DNA of 64,000 bases, taken from Patescibacteria group bacterium. Its GTDB lineage: Bacteria; Patescibacteriota; Minisyncoccia; Phycocordibacterales; UBA9973. The position numbers and the translations under genes are program-made. The notes under the pieces are model-generated. The model worked only from the letters and a program-made list of their open reading frames with translations. It ran no database searches and had not been told where the DNA came from. Below, in pieces: positions 1-10,298 of the stretch. Numbering within the stretch: position 1 is the first letter of the stretch; every line of letters begins with the position of its first letter. The stretch spans positions 10,547 to 74,546 of the forward strand of contig JBBTUE010000005.1 in NCBI GenBank assembly GCA_038063915.1, in the 5' to 3' direction.

Positions 1-379
1 CTTTATCCATTCTAGGTTTGTAGTAATAACCTTCGAGGTTAGCTATTGTCACTAAGTGCATCAAGTTTTTGTAGCCTTGTAGATTTTTAGCGAGCAGCGT
101 TAGATGGTAGCGTTTATTGTCGACACCGGGCTCCTTGTCTGCCCGGCCTCGCTCAGCAATATAAGCTTCAACTCCTATTATTGGCTTTATTTTGGCCTTC
201 TTGCATTCCTTATAGAATTCAATAGCTCCATACATATTTCCATGGTCGGTAATAGCCATGGCAGACATACCGCTCTTTTTGGCAATTCTAACCATATCTT
301 CAACCTTCGATAATCCATCTAAAAGTGAGTAATGAGAATGGGTGTGAAGGTGAATAAATTTTGAGTCCATTTTCTCCAT
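1..379 (-). CDS. dnaE: DNA polymerase III alpha subunit, N-terminal PHP domain (partial, runs off window start)
   Basis: Manual translation of minus strand: MEKMDSKFIHLHTHSHYSLLDG...AITDHGNMYGAIEFY...KPIIGVEAY...HLTLLAKN..GYKNL..L...YYKPRMDK. Confidence 0.93.
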   Translation of the reverse strand, partial: MEKMDSKFIHLHTHSHYSLLDGLSKVEDMVRIAKKSGMSAMAITDHGNMYGAIEFYKECKKAKIKPIIGVEAYIAERGRADKEPGVDNKRYHLTLLAKNLQGYKNLMHLVTIANLEGYYYKPRMDK

Positions 380-415
380 TTCCCCAGTATAGCAAATGAG
401 GTATGATAGCTCTAT

Positions 416-1093
416 ATGGACAAACAGACTAAAAATGGCCGATATATTATAGGTATAGATGAAGTTGGAAGGGGTCCGATAGCAGGACCAGTGGCAGTGG
501 GAGCGTTTATATGCAAGAAAGAATTTTTTGATTCAATTGAAATTGACACACCACTGCGAGATTCTAAAAAGCTCAGTGCCAAGCAGAGAGAGAAATGGTT
601 TGTATATTTAAAAGAGTGTAGAGAAAAAGAATTATGTAATTTTGCAGTTTCATATGTATCGTCAGAAAATATTGATAAATTTGGGATAGTGAAAGCAATT
701 CAGAAAGCTCTAGATGCTTCACTTAATAAGATTACCAAGCAGGATGGAGGAAATCCTAACCGTGTCGGAGCCCCCGAAGAGAGGGTAAAGCGGGAGAATT
801 TCCTGCATCCGGCAAGGACTACTGTTTATTTAGATGGAGGGCTAAAAGCTCCAGTAGAGTATATAAATCAAGAAACAGTAGTAAAAGGTGACGAACTCCA
901 CCCAGTTATATCCTGTGCATCAATTGTAGCCAAAGTTTCTCGTGATCGGGTTATGGCAAATTATGCAAAAGAGTATCCTCTGTATGGATTCGAAAATCAT
1001 ATGGGTTATGGAACTCGCGCCCATTATGAAGCAATAAAAAAGCATGGTCAGACCGTGCTTCACAGGAAGAGTTTTCTTAAGAATATTTCTTGA
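416..1093 (+). CDS. rnhB: Ribonuclease HII (carries a ~25 aa in-frame insertion)
   Basis: GIDEVGRGPIAGPV, DSKKLS, KGD...ISCASIVAKVSRD, GYGT..H motifs. Confidence 0.95.
   Translation: MDKQTKNGRYIIGIDEVGRGPIAGPVAVGAFICKKEFFDSIEIDTPLRDSKKLSAKQREKWFVYLKECREKELCNFAVSYVSSENIDKFGIVKAIQKALDASLNKITKQDGGNPNRVGAPEERVKRENFLHPARTTVYLDGGLKAPVEYINQETVVKGDELHPVISCASIVAKVSRDRVMANYAKEYPLYGFENHMGYGTRAHYEAIKKHGQTVLHRKSFLKNIS
739..813. repeat. In-frame stem-loop element inside rnhB
   Basis: GCAGGATGGAGGAAAT ... ATTTCCTGCATCCGGC inverted repeat (14/16) around a GC-rich core; 75 bp. Confidence 0.65.
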
Positions 1094-3638
1094 GCCAGTT
1101 TTTTAATGCTTTGTAGTCATCTTTCCGCCATGCAGAGTTTGAGTAAATCCTCTCATATGATTGCTCGAGCGTTCGCTCTGCACCAGGAGCATTATTTTTT
1201 GAGAAGAATTTCCTAGCATTCTTTGCATCTGAGATCTTTATATGACTTCCAAGTGGAGATACTAGTCGGCCGAGAAAGTGGCCTCCTTCGCCATATTTTT
1301 CCAGCAATACTTTCCAATTGTTTTTTATAAATTGCCAAGCTAGATCACGTCCAACTTTATTCTGCCAAACACTACCTATAACGAACGGAGCATCTTGGTC
1401 TCGGATATCTTTTGATAGCGCAAGTTCTAGTGTTTTCCCCAGGAGTGCTTTATTTTCAAATTGTGTCATTGCTCGACTCAAGCGATCTTTCTCTTCGTGC
1501 AAGTCTTCTTTTTTATGTAACTTCTTGAAGATATCCCATTCTTTCTTTGATCCACTACGAGCAACTACACTATAAACTACTCCACGGATGTCGGCTTCTA
1601 TTTTTCCCTTTTTTCTATTAGTAAAAAGTACTTTGGATTTTTTTATGACATTTACGTCGCCATAATATCCTGCTTGCCCAAGGGCCAAACTCCGCAGGAA
1701 TATTTGTGAGTGATCCTCACCTTTCTTTTTACCCCATCCAAGTCTATTAGCTAAAGGAGAAAATAGCGACCGAGCATATTTCCTATAATAATCTTTCAAT
1801 TCATTATCTATAAAAATATTATTAACCCTACCAATTCCTCCTGCGATTTCAGACCAGACGATGAACTCAGTCTCGTGCTTGTACGATAGTGAAAATTCAA
1901 GTGCTTCAACTACAGATATATAGCCACCTTCTGCGAGCGCGAATAGGTCGCGGATAACTCCTAATCTATCACGAACTGAGAGTTTACCCGTCTCTATGTC
2001 ACCTCTGAGTTTTAAAAGTGTGTCTTTGTCGTATCTAACACGCAAAAATGATCCCTCTCCCGCGTTGACTTTGCCAACCGACTTACCGAGGATAGGAAAA
2101 GACTTTTTAGTGGCGAGCATTTTTATGGATTTATTATTTGCCTTATACTCAAGTGGAATTTGCCAAAGCGTTTTTTCTTTATTAACTCTTACAGAGATAC
2201 GACTAGAGAAGAATCGTTCTTGGTGTCCAATATACCCTTTTCTACTCTTTGATATAGTGATGACCGGATAACCAGTTTTCTTTGTCCATGACTCCATCAG
2301 TTTCTTTATTGGTTGATTGCTTTCTTTCTCAAATGAATTCCATAGGTCTACTGTGTCTGTGTTTTTATAACTATGCTTCTTTAAGTAATGTATGAGTCCA
2401 CTTCGAAATTTGTCATGTCCCATATATTCTGCTAATTGCCTAATCACAGCAGAACCTTTTGCATAAGAGACCATATCGAAAATTTCCCCAATTTCCTTTG
2501 GATGATGTACTATAACTTCTATAGGATGAGAATTTGCGAGTGAGTCGAGTCGCAGTGCTACTTGGTAACGATCAGCTAGATACAAGTCCCATACATGCCA
2601 TTTAGGAAACATATAATCTATACATAAATTTTCCATATAAGATGCAAAACCTTCATTGAGCCACAAATCTGTCCACCACCTCATGGTCACTAGATTGCCA
2701 AACCATTGATGAGCAATCTCATGAGCAATGACAATAGCAATCCATTGCTTATTGGAAAGGGAAGTGTGATCCTCGTCGACTAATAAAGTGCTCTCGCGGA
2801 AAGTAATTGCTCCCCAGTTTTCCATGGCGGCACTTTCAAAATCTGGAATGGCTATGAGGTCAAGTACAGGTAGTGGATAGGGGATATCGAAGTATTTATT
2901 ATAAAATTCTAATGATTTGATTGCGACCTGGAGGGCAAATTTGGCTTGGTGTTTCTTGCCCTTGGTTGTAAATACTCTTACTTGCACTTTATCCTTAGTG
3001 TAGCCTTCTACGAATTCAAATTCACCAATTATAAATGCCAGTAAATAAGTCGACATACGTGGAGTTGAAGCAAATTCTACAACCTTATATCCAGCCTCAT
3101 GCTCTTTAATCGTTTGCGGCAAAGTGTTTGATATTGCAGTATGATTGCCAGGGATAATAAGGGATACATCGAATATGGCTTTATGTGCCGGCTCGTCGAA
3201 GCAAGGAAAAGCGCGACGTGCATCAGTCGCTTCAAATTGAGTAGTTGCTATGTGTTTTGTGATGCCATCTATAACATATCGACTGCGATAAAATCCACGG
3301 AGACTTTCGTTTATGATTCCATTAAATACTAATGAAAGTTTTGCTTTGCCTTTTGGTACTGACTTTTTAAATATAAACGTAGCAGTTTCTGACTTAGTAT
3401 CATACTTTATTCTTGTTGCAAATTGTTTAATTTTTCCAGAATAAATCTCGACTGTCATGATATCTATATCTATAGAGTGCAAGGTAACTTCCTTTGTAGA
3501 TTTACCTATTAACACCTCTATAGTCTCATGTCCACTAAAAGTAAATGCCTCAAGGTCTGGTTTAATAGTCAGATTATATTTAATTGGCGAAATATGACTC
3601 GGCAGTCGGACCGATTTTTTCTGCATTTTTTTACTCAT
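1077..3638 (-). CDS. pepN: M1 family aminopeptidase N (puromycin-sensitive type)
   Basis: AAMENWG, HEIAHQWFGNLVT, WLNEGFA, ERAP1-like C-terminal region. Confidence 0.95.
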   Translation of the reverse strand: MSKKMQKKSVRLPSHISPIKYNLTIKPDLEAFTFSGHETIEVLIGKSTKEVTLHSIDIDIMTVEIYSGKIKQFATRIKYDTKSETATFIFKKSVPKGKAKLSLVFNGIINESLRGFYRSRYVIDGITKHIATTQFEATDARRAFPCFDEPAHKAIFDVSLIIPGNHTAISNTLPQTIKEHEAGYKVVEFASTPRMSTYLLAFIIGEFEFVEGYTKDKVQVRVFTTKGKKHQAKFALQVAIKSLEFYNKYFDIPYPLPVLDLIAIPDFESAAMENWGAITFRESTLLVDEDHTSLSNKQWIAIVIAHEIAHQWFGNLVTMRWWTDLWLNEGFASYMENLCIDYMFPKWHVWDLYLADRYQVALRLDSLANSHPIEVIVHHPKEIGEIFDMVSYAKGSAVIRQLAEYMGHDKFRSGLIHYLKKHSYKNTDTVDLWNSFEKESNQPIKKLMESWTKKTGYPVITISKSRKGYIGHQERFFSSRISVRVNKEKTLWQIPLEYKANNKSIKMLATKKSFPILGKSVGKVNAGEGSFLRVRYDKDTLLKLRGDIETGKLSVRDRLGVIRDLFALAEGGYISVVEALEFSLSYKHETEFIVWSEIAGGIGRVNNIFIDNELKDYYRKYARSLFSPLANRLGWGKKKGEDHSQIFLRSLALGQAGYYGDVNVIKKSKVLFTNRKKGKIEADIRGVVYSVVARSGSKKEWDIFKKLHKKEDLHEEKDRLSRAMTQFENKALLGKTLELALSKDIRDQDAPFVIGSVWQNKVGRDLAWQFIKNNWKVLLEKYGEGGHFLGRLVSPLGSHIKISDAKNARKFFSKNNAPGAERTLEQSYERIYSNSAWRKDDYKALKNWLKKYS

Positions 3639-4859
3639 CTAAATTGTAGCTTTTTCTATACGCTCAAGGGCGACGACAAACGCTGCACGACGGATATCAG
3701 TCTTTAGTTCGTTTGCGCGATTAAATATTATCTCAGTTTCTTCCTCCATTATCTTTTTTAATTTTTCAAATACTTCTTCTTCACTCCAGTGTTCACCTGC
3801 TAAGTTTTGTTGCCATTCAAAAGTAGACACGGTCACTCCACCAGCGTTGGCTAATATGTCTGGTATTACAGGTATATTACGAGAGAATAATATATCATCA
3901 GCTTCTGGCGTTGTCGGACCATTGGCAAGTTCAAGGATAAGTCTAGCCTTGATATTGTTTGCATTTGCTTCGGTGATTTGGTTCTCAAGGGCCGCAGGGA
4001 TAAGAACATCGCAAGGGAGAAGCAGAAGCTCTTCGTTAGTAATCATCTTTGATCCCGGAAAGCCAGATATCTGACCGTTGTCTTTTTTATATTCATTTAA
4101 AAGTTTTATATCTATGCCATCTTCTTTTAATATTGCACCTTTCGAGTCTGATATGGCAATTATAGTGTGGCCATGTTTTGAAAGTATTTCCGCTGCATTA
4201 CCTCCGACGTTACCAAAACCTTGTATGACTACTTGACATGAGTCTGGCATAGCCATCTTCACTCTAATGACATCAAATACATAAAATCCCCCAAGTCCTG
4301 TAGCAGGTCCACGGCCTTCTGATCCACCGACATTAATCGGCTTTCCAGTGATGACAGCATTTGTCTTGTCACCAGTAATTTTCGAGTACTCATCTACCAT
4401 CCAAGACATTATCTCTGGAGTCGTGTTCACGTCAGGCGCAGGGACGTCTACCTGCGGTCCGATGACTGGGGCCATTAGTTTTATCCATCCTCGTGAAAGT
4501 TTTTCTAGCTCACTCTTGGATAATTTTTTCGGATCAACAGTGATACCACCCTTGCCTCCACCCATGGGGATATTTGCGACTGCACATTTTAGAGCCATCC
4601 AAAATGCTAGTGCTTTGACTTCGTTGATATCTGTATCTATATGGTAACGTATACCACCTTTATATGGACCGCGAGCATTGTTGTACTGAACTCGGTATCC
4701 TTCAAATATTGATAGAGTTCCGTCGTCCATAGTAACTGGGATGGCGATTCTTATTTCACGATTTGGTTGGTGAAGTCTCGAGAGAAATTCTTTACTAAAT
4801 TGTTTTACTTTATTTGCACGTTCTAACTGTGATAGGGCATTTTGGAATGGATTATTCAT
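3639..4859 (-). CDS. gdhA: Glu/Leu/Phe/Val dehydrogenase (glutamate dehydrogenase)
   Basis: GPYKGGIRY, GGGKGG, VPAPDVNT, QGFGNVG, ELANGPTT motifs. Confidence 0.93.
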   Translation of the reverse strand: MNNPFQNALSQLERANKVKQFSKEFLSRLHQPNREIRIAIPVTMDDGTLSIFEGYRVQYNNARGPYKGGIRYHIDTDINEVKALAFWMALKCAVANIPMGGGKGGITVDPKKLSKSELEKLSRGWIKLMAPVIGPQVDVPAPDVNTTPEIMSWMVDEYSKITGDKTNAVITGKPINVGGSEGRGPATGLGGFYVFDVIRVKMAMPDSCQVVIQGFGNVGGNAAEILSKHGHTIIAISDSKGAILKEDGIDIKLLNEYKKDNGQISGFPGSKMITNEELLLLPCDVLIPAALENQITEANANNIKARLILELANGPTTPEADDILFSRNIPVIPDILANAGGVTVSTFEWQQNLAGEHWSEEEVFEKLKKIMEEETEIIFNRANELKTDIRRAAFVVALERIEKATI

Positions 4860-4970
4860 AGGATTTATTGGTTATATTTTAATACGATTTATTATACTCT
4901 TTTTAATGATTTATCGATAATTTGCCATTTCAGCCTTATTTATCAAAGGAAATTGGCATAGGGACAGGGC

Positions 4971-5000
4971 TTGACAAAGTATATATATCTATGCTATAAT
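4971..5000 (+). promoter_or_regulatory. Sigma70 promoter (TTGACA, extended TG-n-TATAAT) for a leaderless gene
   Basis: TTGACA 4971-4976, TATAAT 4995-5000, ATG at 5007. Confidence 0.75.
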
Positions 5001-5006
5001 ACCAGT

Positions 5007-5510
5007 ATGAAAATCAATAAAACAATAAATTCAATAATATTTTTATCAGTAATCACGTTTCTTGTGAGTGCGACAAGTGCTCTTGCGTACGTTCCCGGAG
5101 TTTGGGATCCTCAAGCTCGTGTAAATCCAAATGAGCCTGCATTCTATAAAGTACCCACAACTTACGACGAACCAGTAGTTATTCAGACTCCAAAAATAGT
5201 TGCTGTAGGTCAAAATACTACTACCGCTTCGGGTCCAACAACTAATAATACAGTTGTAAAGAAATCTACTACAACTACTCCTGCAAAAGAAAAAGTAAAT
5301 TCTACAACAAGTGACACAGCACTCAAGCCAGTAGTTACTACAAATCCTAATGAATTGACAGCGCTTTCGCTTGCAGGTAGTGGGGGATTTATGCCAAGTT
5401 CAATATGGCAATGGTTCCTAGTGATACTACTTATACTAGCGATAATTATTCTTGCTCGTATACTTAGTCGCCCCTCTCATCATGAAGTTCATACAGTAAC
5501 CGCTCACTAA
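5007..5510 (+). CDS. Secreted, membrane-anchored Thr-rich hypothetical protein
   Basis: Signal peptide (MKINK...SALA), Thr-rich linker, C-terminal TM helix; start moved to ATG 5007 because the ORF-track start is the -35 box. Confidence 0.7.
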   Translation: MKINKTINSIIFLSVITFLVSATSALAYVPGVWDPQARVNPNEPAFYKVPTTYDEPVVIQTPKIVAVGQNTTTASGPTTNNTVVKKSTTTTPAKEKVNSTTSDTALKPVVTTNPNELTALSLAGSGGFMPSSIWQWFLVILLILAIIILARILSRPSHHEVHTVTAH

Positions 5511-5520
5511 TTATAAATAA

Positions 5521-5560
5521 TATAAAAATACCCTAGTCAGATGACTAGGGTATTTTTATA
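5521..5560 (+). terminator. Intrinsic terminator
   Basis: TATAAAAATACCCTAGTCA-GA-TGACTAGGGTATTTTTATA inverted repeat. Confidence 0.8.
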
Positions 5561-5568
5561 TCTCGTGC

Positions 5569-5597
5569 TTGACATATACCCCTAGGGGGTATAGACT
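5569..5597 (+). promoter_or_regulatory. Promoter with CsoR operator in the -35/-10 spacer
   Basis: TTGACA 5569-5574, TATACCCC-TAG-GGGGTATA 5575-5593 (C-tract/G-tract CsoR-type operator), TAGACT 5592-5597. Confidence 0.85.
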
Positions 5598-5603
5598 ATA
5601 AAT

Positions 5604-5870
5604 ATGAAACAGGAAATAAAAGGGAAAGCCCTAAGGCGCCTAAAGATTATTGAAGGCCAAGTTCGTGGGCTCCAAGATATGGTAGCCAAAGAAAAATATT
5701 GTATTGATATTATCGCTCAAACTGGTGCAGTAAAGAGAGCGCTCTCTAGTGTGGAGGATTTGATTCTAGAGAACCACCTATCCACTCACGTTATACATCA
5801 GATCAAACATGGCCATGAGGACAAGCCAGTCAAGGAAATTTTAAAAATTTATCGCCTTAAACGCAAATAA
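5604..5870 (+). CDS. csoR: Copper-sensing repressor, CsoR/RcnR family
   Basis: RLKIIEGQVRGL, YCIDII.Q, ENHL..H; directly upstream of Cu-ATPase. Confidence 0.9.
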   Translation: MKQEIKGKALRRLKIIEGQVRGLQDMVAKEKYCIDIIAQTGAVKRALSSVEDLILENHLSTHVIHQIKHGHEDKPVKEILKIYRLKRK

Positions 5871-5874
5871 TTTT

Positions 5875-8169
5875 ATGAATAGTGGAACTTATAAAATAAA
5901 AGGAATGCATTGCGCCTCGTGTGCTGGCATCATAGAGAAAACTTTCAAGATGATTAAAGGAGTCTCCTTGGCAGAGGTGAATTATGGGACTGAAACTGCA
6001 AAAGTTGTTTTCGATGAATCAAAGACTAGCCCAGAAGATCTCTCTTTGAAAATAGAGAAATTAGGTTACTCACTCGTCATTCCAAAGACAGCCAAAGAGA
6101 TGGGTATGTCGGAAGATGAACATGCTGGACATCTTGGACTATCTCAATCCAAAAAAGAGAAACTTGCCGAAGTCAGAGATATGAGGGCGAAAGTTATGTC
6201 AGCGATACCACCTGCTATCATTAGCGTCTTTGTAATGAGCTGGGATATTTTATCTGCTTACAATCAAGTTCCAGAGATGAGTTATACAGTCAAAGAATTT
6301 TTCCATCACTTACTACCTCTTATGGCTACATACATACTCTTTGTAGTAGGTAAACCATACCTACTTGGATTTTACCGTTTCTTACGCTATGGCAAAGCTA
6401 ACATGGATACGCTCATTGGTATAGGTACTCTAACTGCGTACCTATATAGCTTTGCAGTCACAGCTTTTGAAGATGCACTTAAGCCATTTATAAATGTGGA
6501 TGCGACATACTATGATGTGACAATTATCGTCATAACTTTTATTGCACTTGGAAAATATCTAGAAGCTCGCTCGAAAATAAAAACAGGAGATGCTATAGAA
6601 AAGCTCTTAAATCTTCAAGCCAAAACAGCGTTAGTGATTCGTGGTGGAAAAGAGATTGAGATCGCAGTCGATCAAGTGGTTCACGGCGACCTTATTATTA
6701 TAAAACCAGGAGCCAAGATTCCTGTTGATGGCATGATAACAGAAGGAAGCTCATTTATTGATGAATCTATGGTCACAGGCGAGCCGATGCCGGCACAAAA
6801 AAAAGTAGGCGATGAAGTAGTCGCCGGTACAATAAATACTAGTGGATCATTTACATTTAAGGCTACGAAAGTCGGAAGCGAGACACTACTTGCTCATATT
6901 ATAAAGATGGTAGAAGATGCACAAGGCTCTCGAGCACCAATTCAAGCTCTAGCCGATAAGATATCTAGTATATTTGTACCAATTGTCCTCGTTATTGCAT
7001 TTGTTACTCTAGGGGCATGGTTATTACTCGGCAGCAGTTCACTTGGATTCTCGCAAGCACTTTCATATGGGCTCGTATCATTTGTCGGAGTTCTTGTCAT
7101 CGCTTGCCCATGTGCTCTTGGTCTTGCGACACCGACCGCTATTATTGTCGGAGTTGGCAAAGGAGCTCGTGCAGGAATCTTGATAAAAGATGCTGCTACA
7201 CTCGAGAAGCTCCATAAAGTCGATACAGTTATTGTTGACAAAACAGGGACTATAACAATCGGCAAGCCAACACTCGTTGATATACAAAATCTCTCTAACA
7301 TGAAAGACGGTGAACTTATATCTATACTCGCATCTCTTGAAAGTAAATCAGAGCATCCAATCGCGCACGCAATCGTAAACTATGCTAAGGACAAGAACCT
7401 AGAGATGGAAGAAGTTTCCAATTTTGAAGGTCTACAAGGCAAAGGTTTGAAAGGATCAATAAGTAGTACGGAATATTTTGTTGGAAATACAAAACTCATA
7501 CAAGATTTAAAGCTTACATTCGATGTATCAGTAATCGAAAAATTTACTATGCAAGGTAAAACCCCAGTCATAATTGCAACAAAAGAAAAAGTGCTTGGAT
7601 TTGTCATGGTTGCAGATGAGATTAAACCAGAATCCAAGCAAGCAGTAAATGATTTACACAAACTTGGTATTAAAGTTATCATGCTAACAGGAGATGACGA
7701 GATGGCAGCGAAATACATGGCCTCACTTGTCGGTATTGATGAAGTTGTTGCTCATGTAATGCCACAAGATAAATTGGCGAAGATAAAAGAACTCCAATCG
7801 CAAGGCCACATTGTCGCCATGGCCGGAGATGGGGTCAATGACGCTCCAGCGCTTGCTCAGGCTGATGTAGGTATAGCTATGGGCACAGGTACAGATGTGG
7901 CAATAGAGAGTGCAGGCATTACATTACTTGGTGGAGATATTTCAAAACTTGTCAAAGCCATAAAGCTCTCAAAGATGACAATGCGAGGCATCAAACAAAA
8001 TCTATTTTGGGCATTCTTCTATAATATTGTTGGTATTCCACTTGCTGCAGGATTGTTCTATCCATTTTTCGGATGGCTCCTCTCGCCAGTATTTGCAGGA
8101 TTTGCGATGGCAATGTCTTCCGTATCAGTGGTGTCGAACTCACTGAGAATTAAAGCTAAGAGATTATAA
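5875..8169 (+). CDS. copA: Copper-translocating P1B-type ATPase
   Basis: GMHCASC HMA, TGE, CPC, DKTGT, SEHP, GDGVNDAP, YN, MAMSS. Confidence 0.95.
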   Translation: MNSGTYKIKGMHCASCAGIIEKTFKMIKGVSLAEVNYGTETAKVVFDESKTSPEDLSLKIEKLGYSLVIPKTAKEMGMSEDEHAGHLGLSQSKKEKLAEVRDMRAKVMSAIPPAIISVFVMSWDILSAYNQVPEMSYTVKEFFHHLLPLMATYILFVVGKPYLLGFYRFLRYGKANMDTLIGIGTLTAYLYSFAVTAFEDALKPFINVDATYYDVTIIVITFIALGKYLEARSKIKTGDAIEKLLNLQAKTALVIRGGKEIEIAVDQVVHGDLIIIKPGAKIPVDGMITEGSSFIDESMVTGEPMPAQKKVGDEVVAGTINTSGSFTFKATKVGSETLLAHIIKMVEDAQGSRAPIQALADKISSIFVPIVLVIAFVTLGAWLLLGSSSLGFSQALSYGLVSFVGVLVIACPCALGLATPTAIIVGVGKGARAGILIKDAATLEKLHKVDTVIVDKTGTITIGKPTLVDIQNLSNMKDGELISILASLESKSEHPIAHAIVNYAKDKNLEMEEVSNFEGLQGKGLKGSISSTEYFVGNTKLIQDLKLTFDVSVIEKFTMQGKTPVIIATKEKVLGFVMVADEIKPESKQAVNDLHKLGIKVIMLTGDDEMAAKYMASLVGIDEVVAHVMPQDKLAKIKELQSQGHIVAMAGDGVNDAPALAQADVGIAMGTGTDVAIESAGITLLGGDISKLVKAIKLSKMTMRGIKQNLFWAFFYNIVGIPLAAGLFYPFFGWLLSPVFAGFAMAMSSVSVVSNSLRIKAKRL

Positions 8170-8185
8170 TTAATAAAAAAATAAT

Positions 8186-8848
8186 ATGAACAATCAAGAA
8201 AATAATAAAATGTTGTATATAGTAGGAGGGATAACAATTGGTGTATTTATTACTGTACTATTAAGTTCAGCATTTAGTCGAGGAGTAGGCTATGGCGGAA
8301 TGATGTCATGGAGGAGTAACCGAGGGGAAGATAACCAATTTACATCTAAGACAACTAACTCAGTCAACCAAATAGATAAGCATTTTATCGAGCAAATGAT
8401 TCCTCATCACGAAGGTGCAATTGACATGTCGAAACTTGCTCTTCAAAAAGCAAAACACGCAGAGGTCAAAATTTTAGCCGAGGCAATTATAGGAGCTCAA
8501 ACTAAAGAAATTGGAGATATGAAGGATTGGTACAAAAGTTGGTTTAACAAAGATGTTGAAAATCAGGATATATACGCATATGGAATGGTTAGTGGTGGAA
8601 TGATGTCGAGAGGTGGAATGCATATGGGTGGAAAAGAAGATATGACGGCACTTGAAAATGCAACGGATTTCGACAAAGCCTTTATAGAGAAAATGATTCC
8701 TCATCATCAATTAGCTATTATGATGGCACAGATGTTAAAGTCTGGGACAAATAGACCAGAGATGTTAACCCTTGCAAATAATATTATCGAGTCACAATCA
8801 AAAGAAATTGAACAGATGCAAGGCTGGTATAAAAATTGGTATAAGTAG
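8186..8848 (+). CDS. DUF305 (CopM-like) Met/His-rich protein
   Basis: Twice F(I)E.MIPHH..AI.M; Met-rich linker; N-terminal TM. Confidence 0.85.
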   Translation: MNNQENNKMLYIVGGITIGVFITVLLSSAFSRGVGYGGMMSWRSNRGEDNQFTSKTTNSVNQIDKHFIEQMIPHHEGAIDMSKLALQKAKHAEVKILAEAIIGAQTKEIGDMKDWYKSWFNKDVENQDIYAYGMVSGGMMSRGGMHMGGKEDMTALENATDFDKAFIEKMIPHHQLAIMMAQMLKSGTNRPEMLTLANNIIESQSKEIEQMQGWYKNWYK

Positions 8849-8859
8849 GGATATATAAT

Positions 8860-9891
8860 ATGGAAAATCAAAATAAAAAACTTACATTTCACGTACACGG
8901 TATGCATTGCAATGCCTGTGTACTTCTAACAGAAAGTGAATTAAAAGATTTACCTAATATTACATACGTAAAATCAAGTCTCAAGAGCCATACTGTCGAA
9001 GTTGTAGGTGGCTTTGGTGATAAAACAGAGATAGAAATTGCGCAAGAGCTGACTATACCACTACGACCGCATGGATACACTATCTCGATTGAGAAACAAA
9101 CACACAATGCAAAATGGAAGGAATTTAATATTGCGCTACCTATAGCCCTCGGTTTCATCATACTCTTTATAGTTTTACAGAAAATGGGGATAGTGAATAT
9201 GGTAAGTAGTGGAAATGTAACTTATGGCACCGCATTTGTAATTGGCATCATTGCTTCGCTCTCGACCTGCATGGCAGTCGTAGGAGGACTACTTCTATCG
9301 ATGTCAGCTACATTTGCAAAAGAAGGAGATAAAGTTCGACCACAAATTATGTTTCATATCGGGAGAATAGTCTCGTTTTTTATTCTTGGTGGAGTTATAG
9401 GTGCTATTGGATCGGCATTCACACTCAGTACTACAGCTACATTTATTTTAAGTTTGGTGATTGGTATTGTGATGCTCATCCTAGGTATCAATCTTCTTGG
9501 AATTTTTCCTTGGGCGAAAAAATTGCAACCATCGATGCCAAAGTTTATCGCGCGTCATGCTCATGGCGTATCGAAGCTAAGCCACACCCTCACTCCACTC
9601 CTTGTCGGTATTGCGACATTTTTCTTACCATGCGGATTTACTCAATCAATGCAACTCTATACTCTCACAACGGGAAGCTTTGCAAAAGGAGGACTGACAA
9701 TGCTAGCATTCGCGCTCGGTACACTTCCAGTACTCGCGCTCATAAGCTTCAGTTCTTTTAGTATTAAAAATAGCTCAAAATCAGGCATATTCTTCAAGTC
9801 AGCAGGACTGATAGTTATAATATTTGCACTCTTTAACCTCATCAACAGTCTGGTCGTAGTTGGAGTCATACCACCAATCTTTAACTTCTAG
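8860..9891 (+). CDS. HMA domain plus DsbD_2/TauE-like transmembrane protein
   Basis: GMHCNAC; STCMAVVGG and FFLPCGFTQ membrane Cys motifs. Confidence 0.85.
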   Translation: MENQNKKLTFHVHGMHCNACVLLTESELKDLPNITYVKSSLKSHTVEVVGGFGDKTEIEIAQELTIPLRPHGYTISIEKQTHNAKWKEFNIALPIALGFIILFIVLQKMGIVNMVSSGNVTYGTAFVIGIIASLSTCMAVVGGLLLSMSATFAKEGDKVRPQIMFHIGRIVSFFILGGVIGAIGSAFTLSTTATFILSLVIGIVMLILGINLLGIFPWAKKLQPSMPKFIARHAHGVSKLSHTLTPLLVGIATFFLPCGFTQSMQLYTLTTGSFAKGGLTMLAFALGTLPVLALISFSSFSIKNSSKSGIFFKSAGLIVIIFALFNLINSLVVVGVIPPIFNF

Positions 9892-9903
9892 TATAATCAT
9901 AAT

Positions 9904-10290
9904 ATGAAAGCAACCATTATTTCAGTTACCATTGCAGTAGTCCTAGTAGGAGGAGCAATATTGTTTGTTAATACAGCGCCTAAAAGAGAAGTTGCTCCAA
10001 TCAATAATGTCAGTATAGTTGACGGCAAGCAGATTATTGAAATAAAAGCCAAAGGGGGATATGTTCCACGATCAAGTGTCGCCCAAGCAGGTCTGCCTAC
10101 TATAGTTCGTTTTAACACTAAGGGTACTTTTGATTGTTCGTCCTCTATACGTATTCCAAGTTTAGGAATAAGTAAAATACTTCCACAATCAGGTTCTACT
10201 GATATTGATTTGGGAAGTCCAAAATTAGGGACACTCCTTGGGTCCTGTGGTATGGGAATGTACCCATTTGAAATTGAATTTAAAAGTTAA
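9904..10290 (+). CDS. Cupredoxin-like domain protein
   Basis: GGYVP, DCSS, C-terminal SCGMGM motif. Confidence 0.8.
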   Translation: MKATIISVTIAVVLVGGAILFVNTAPKREVAPINNVSIVDGKQIIEIKAKGGYVPRSSVAQAGLPTIVRFNTKGTFDCSSSIRIPSLGISKILPQSGSTDIDLGSPKLGTLLGSCGMGMYPFEIEFKS

Positions 10291-10298
10291 CCAAAGTT

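Noticed and set aside
104-313. 69-aa plus-strand ORF
   Set aside because: Antisense to the dnaE PHP domain.
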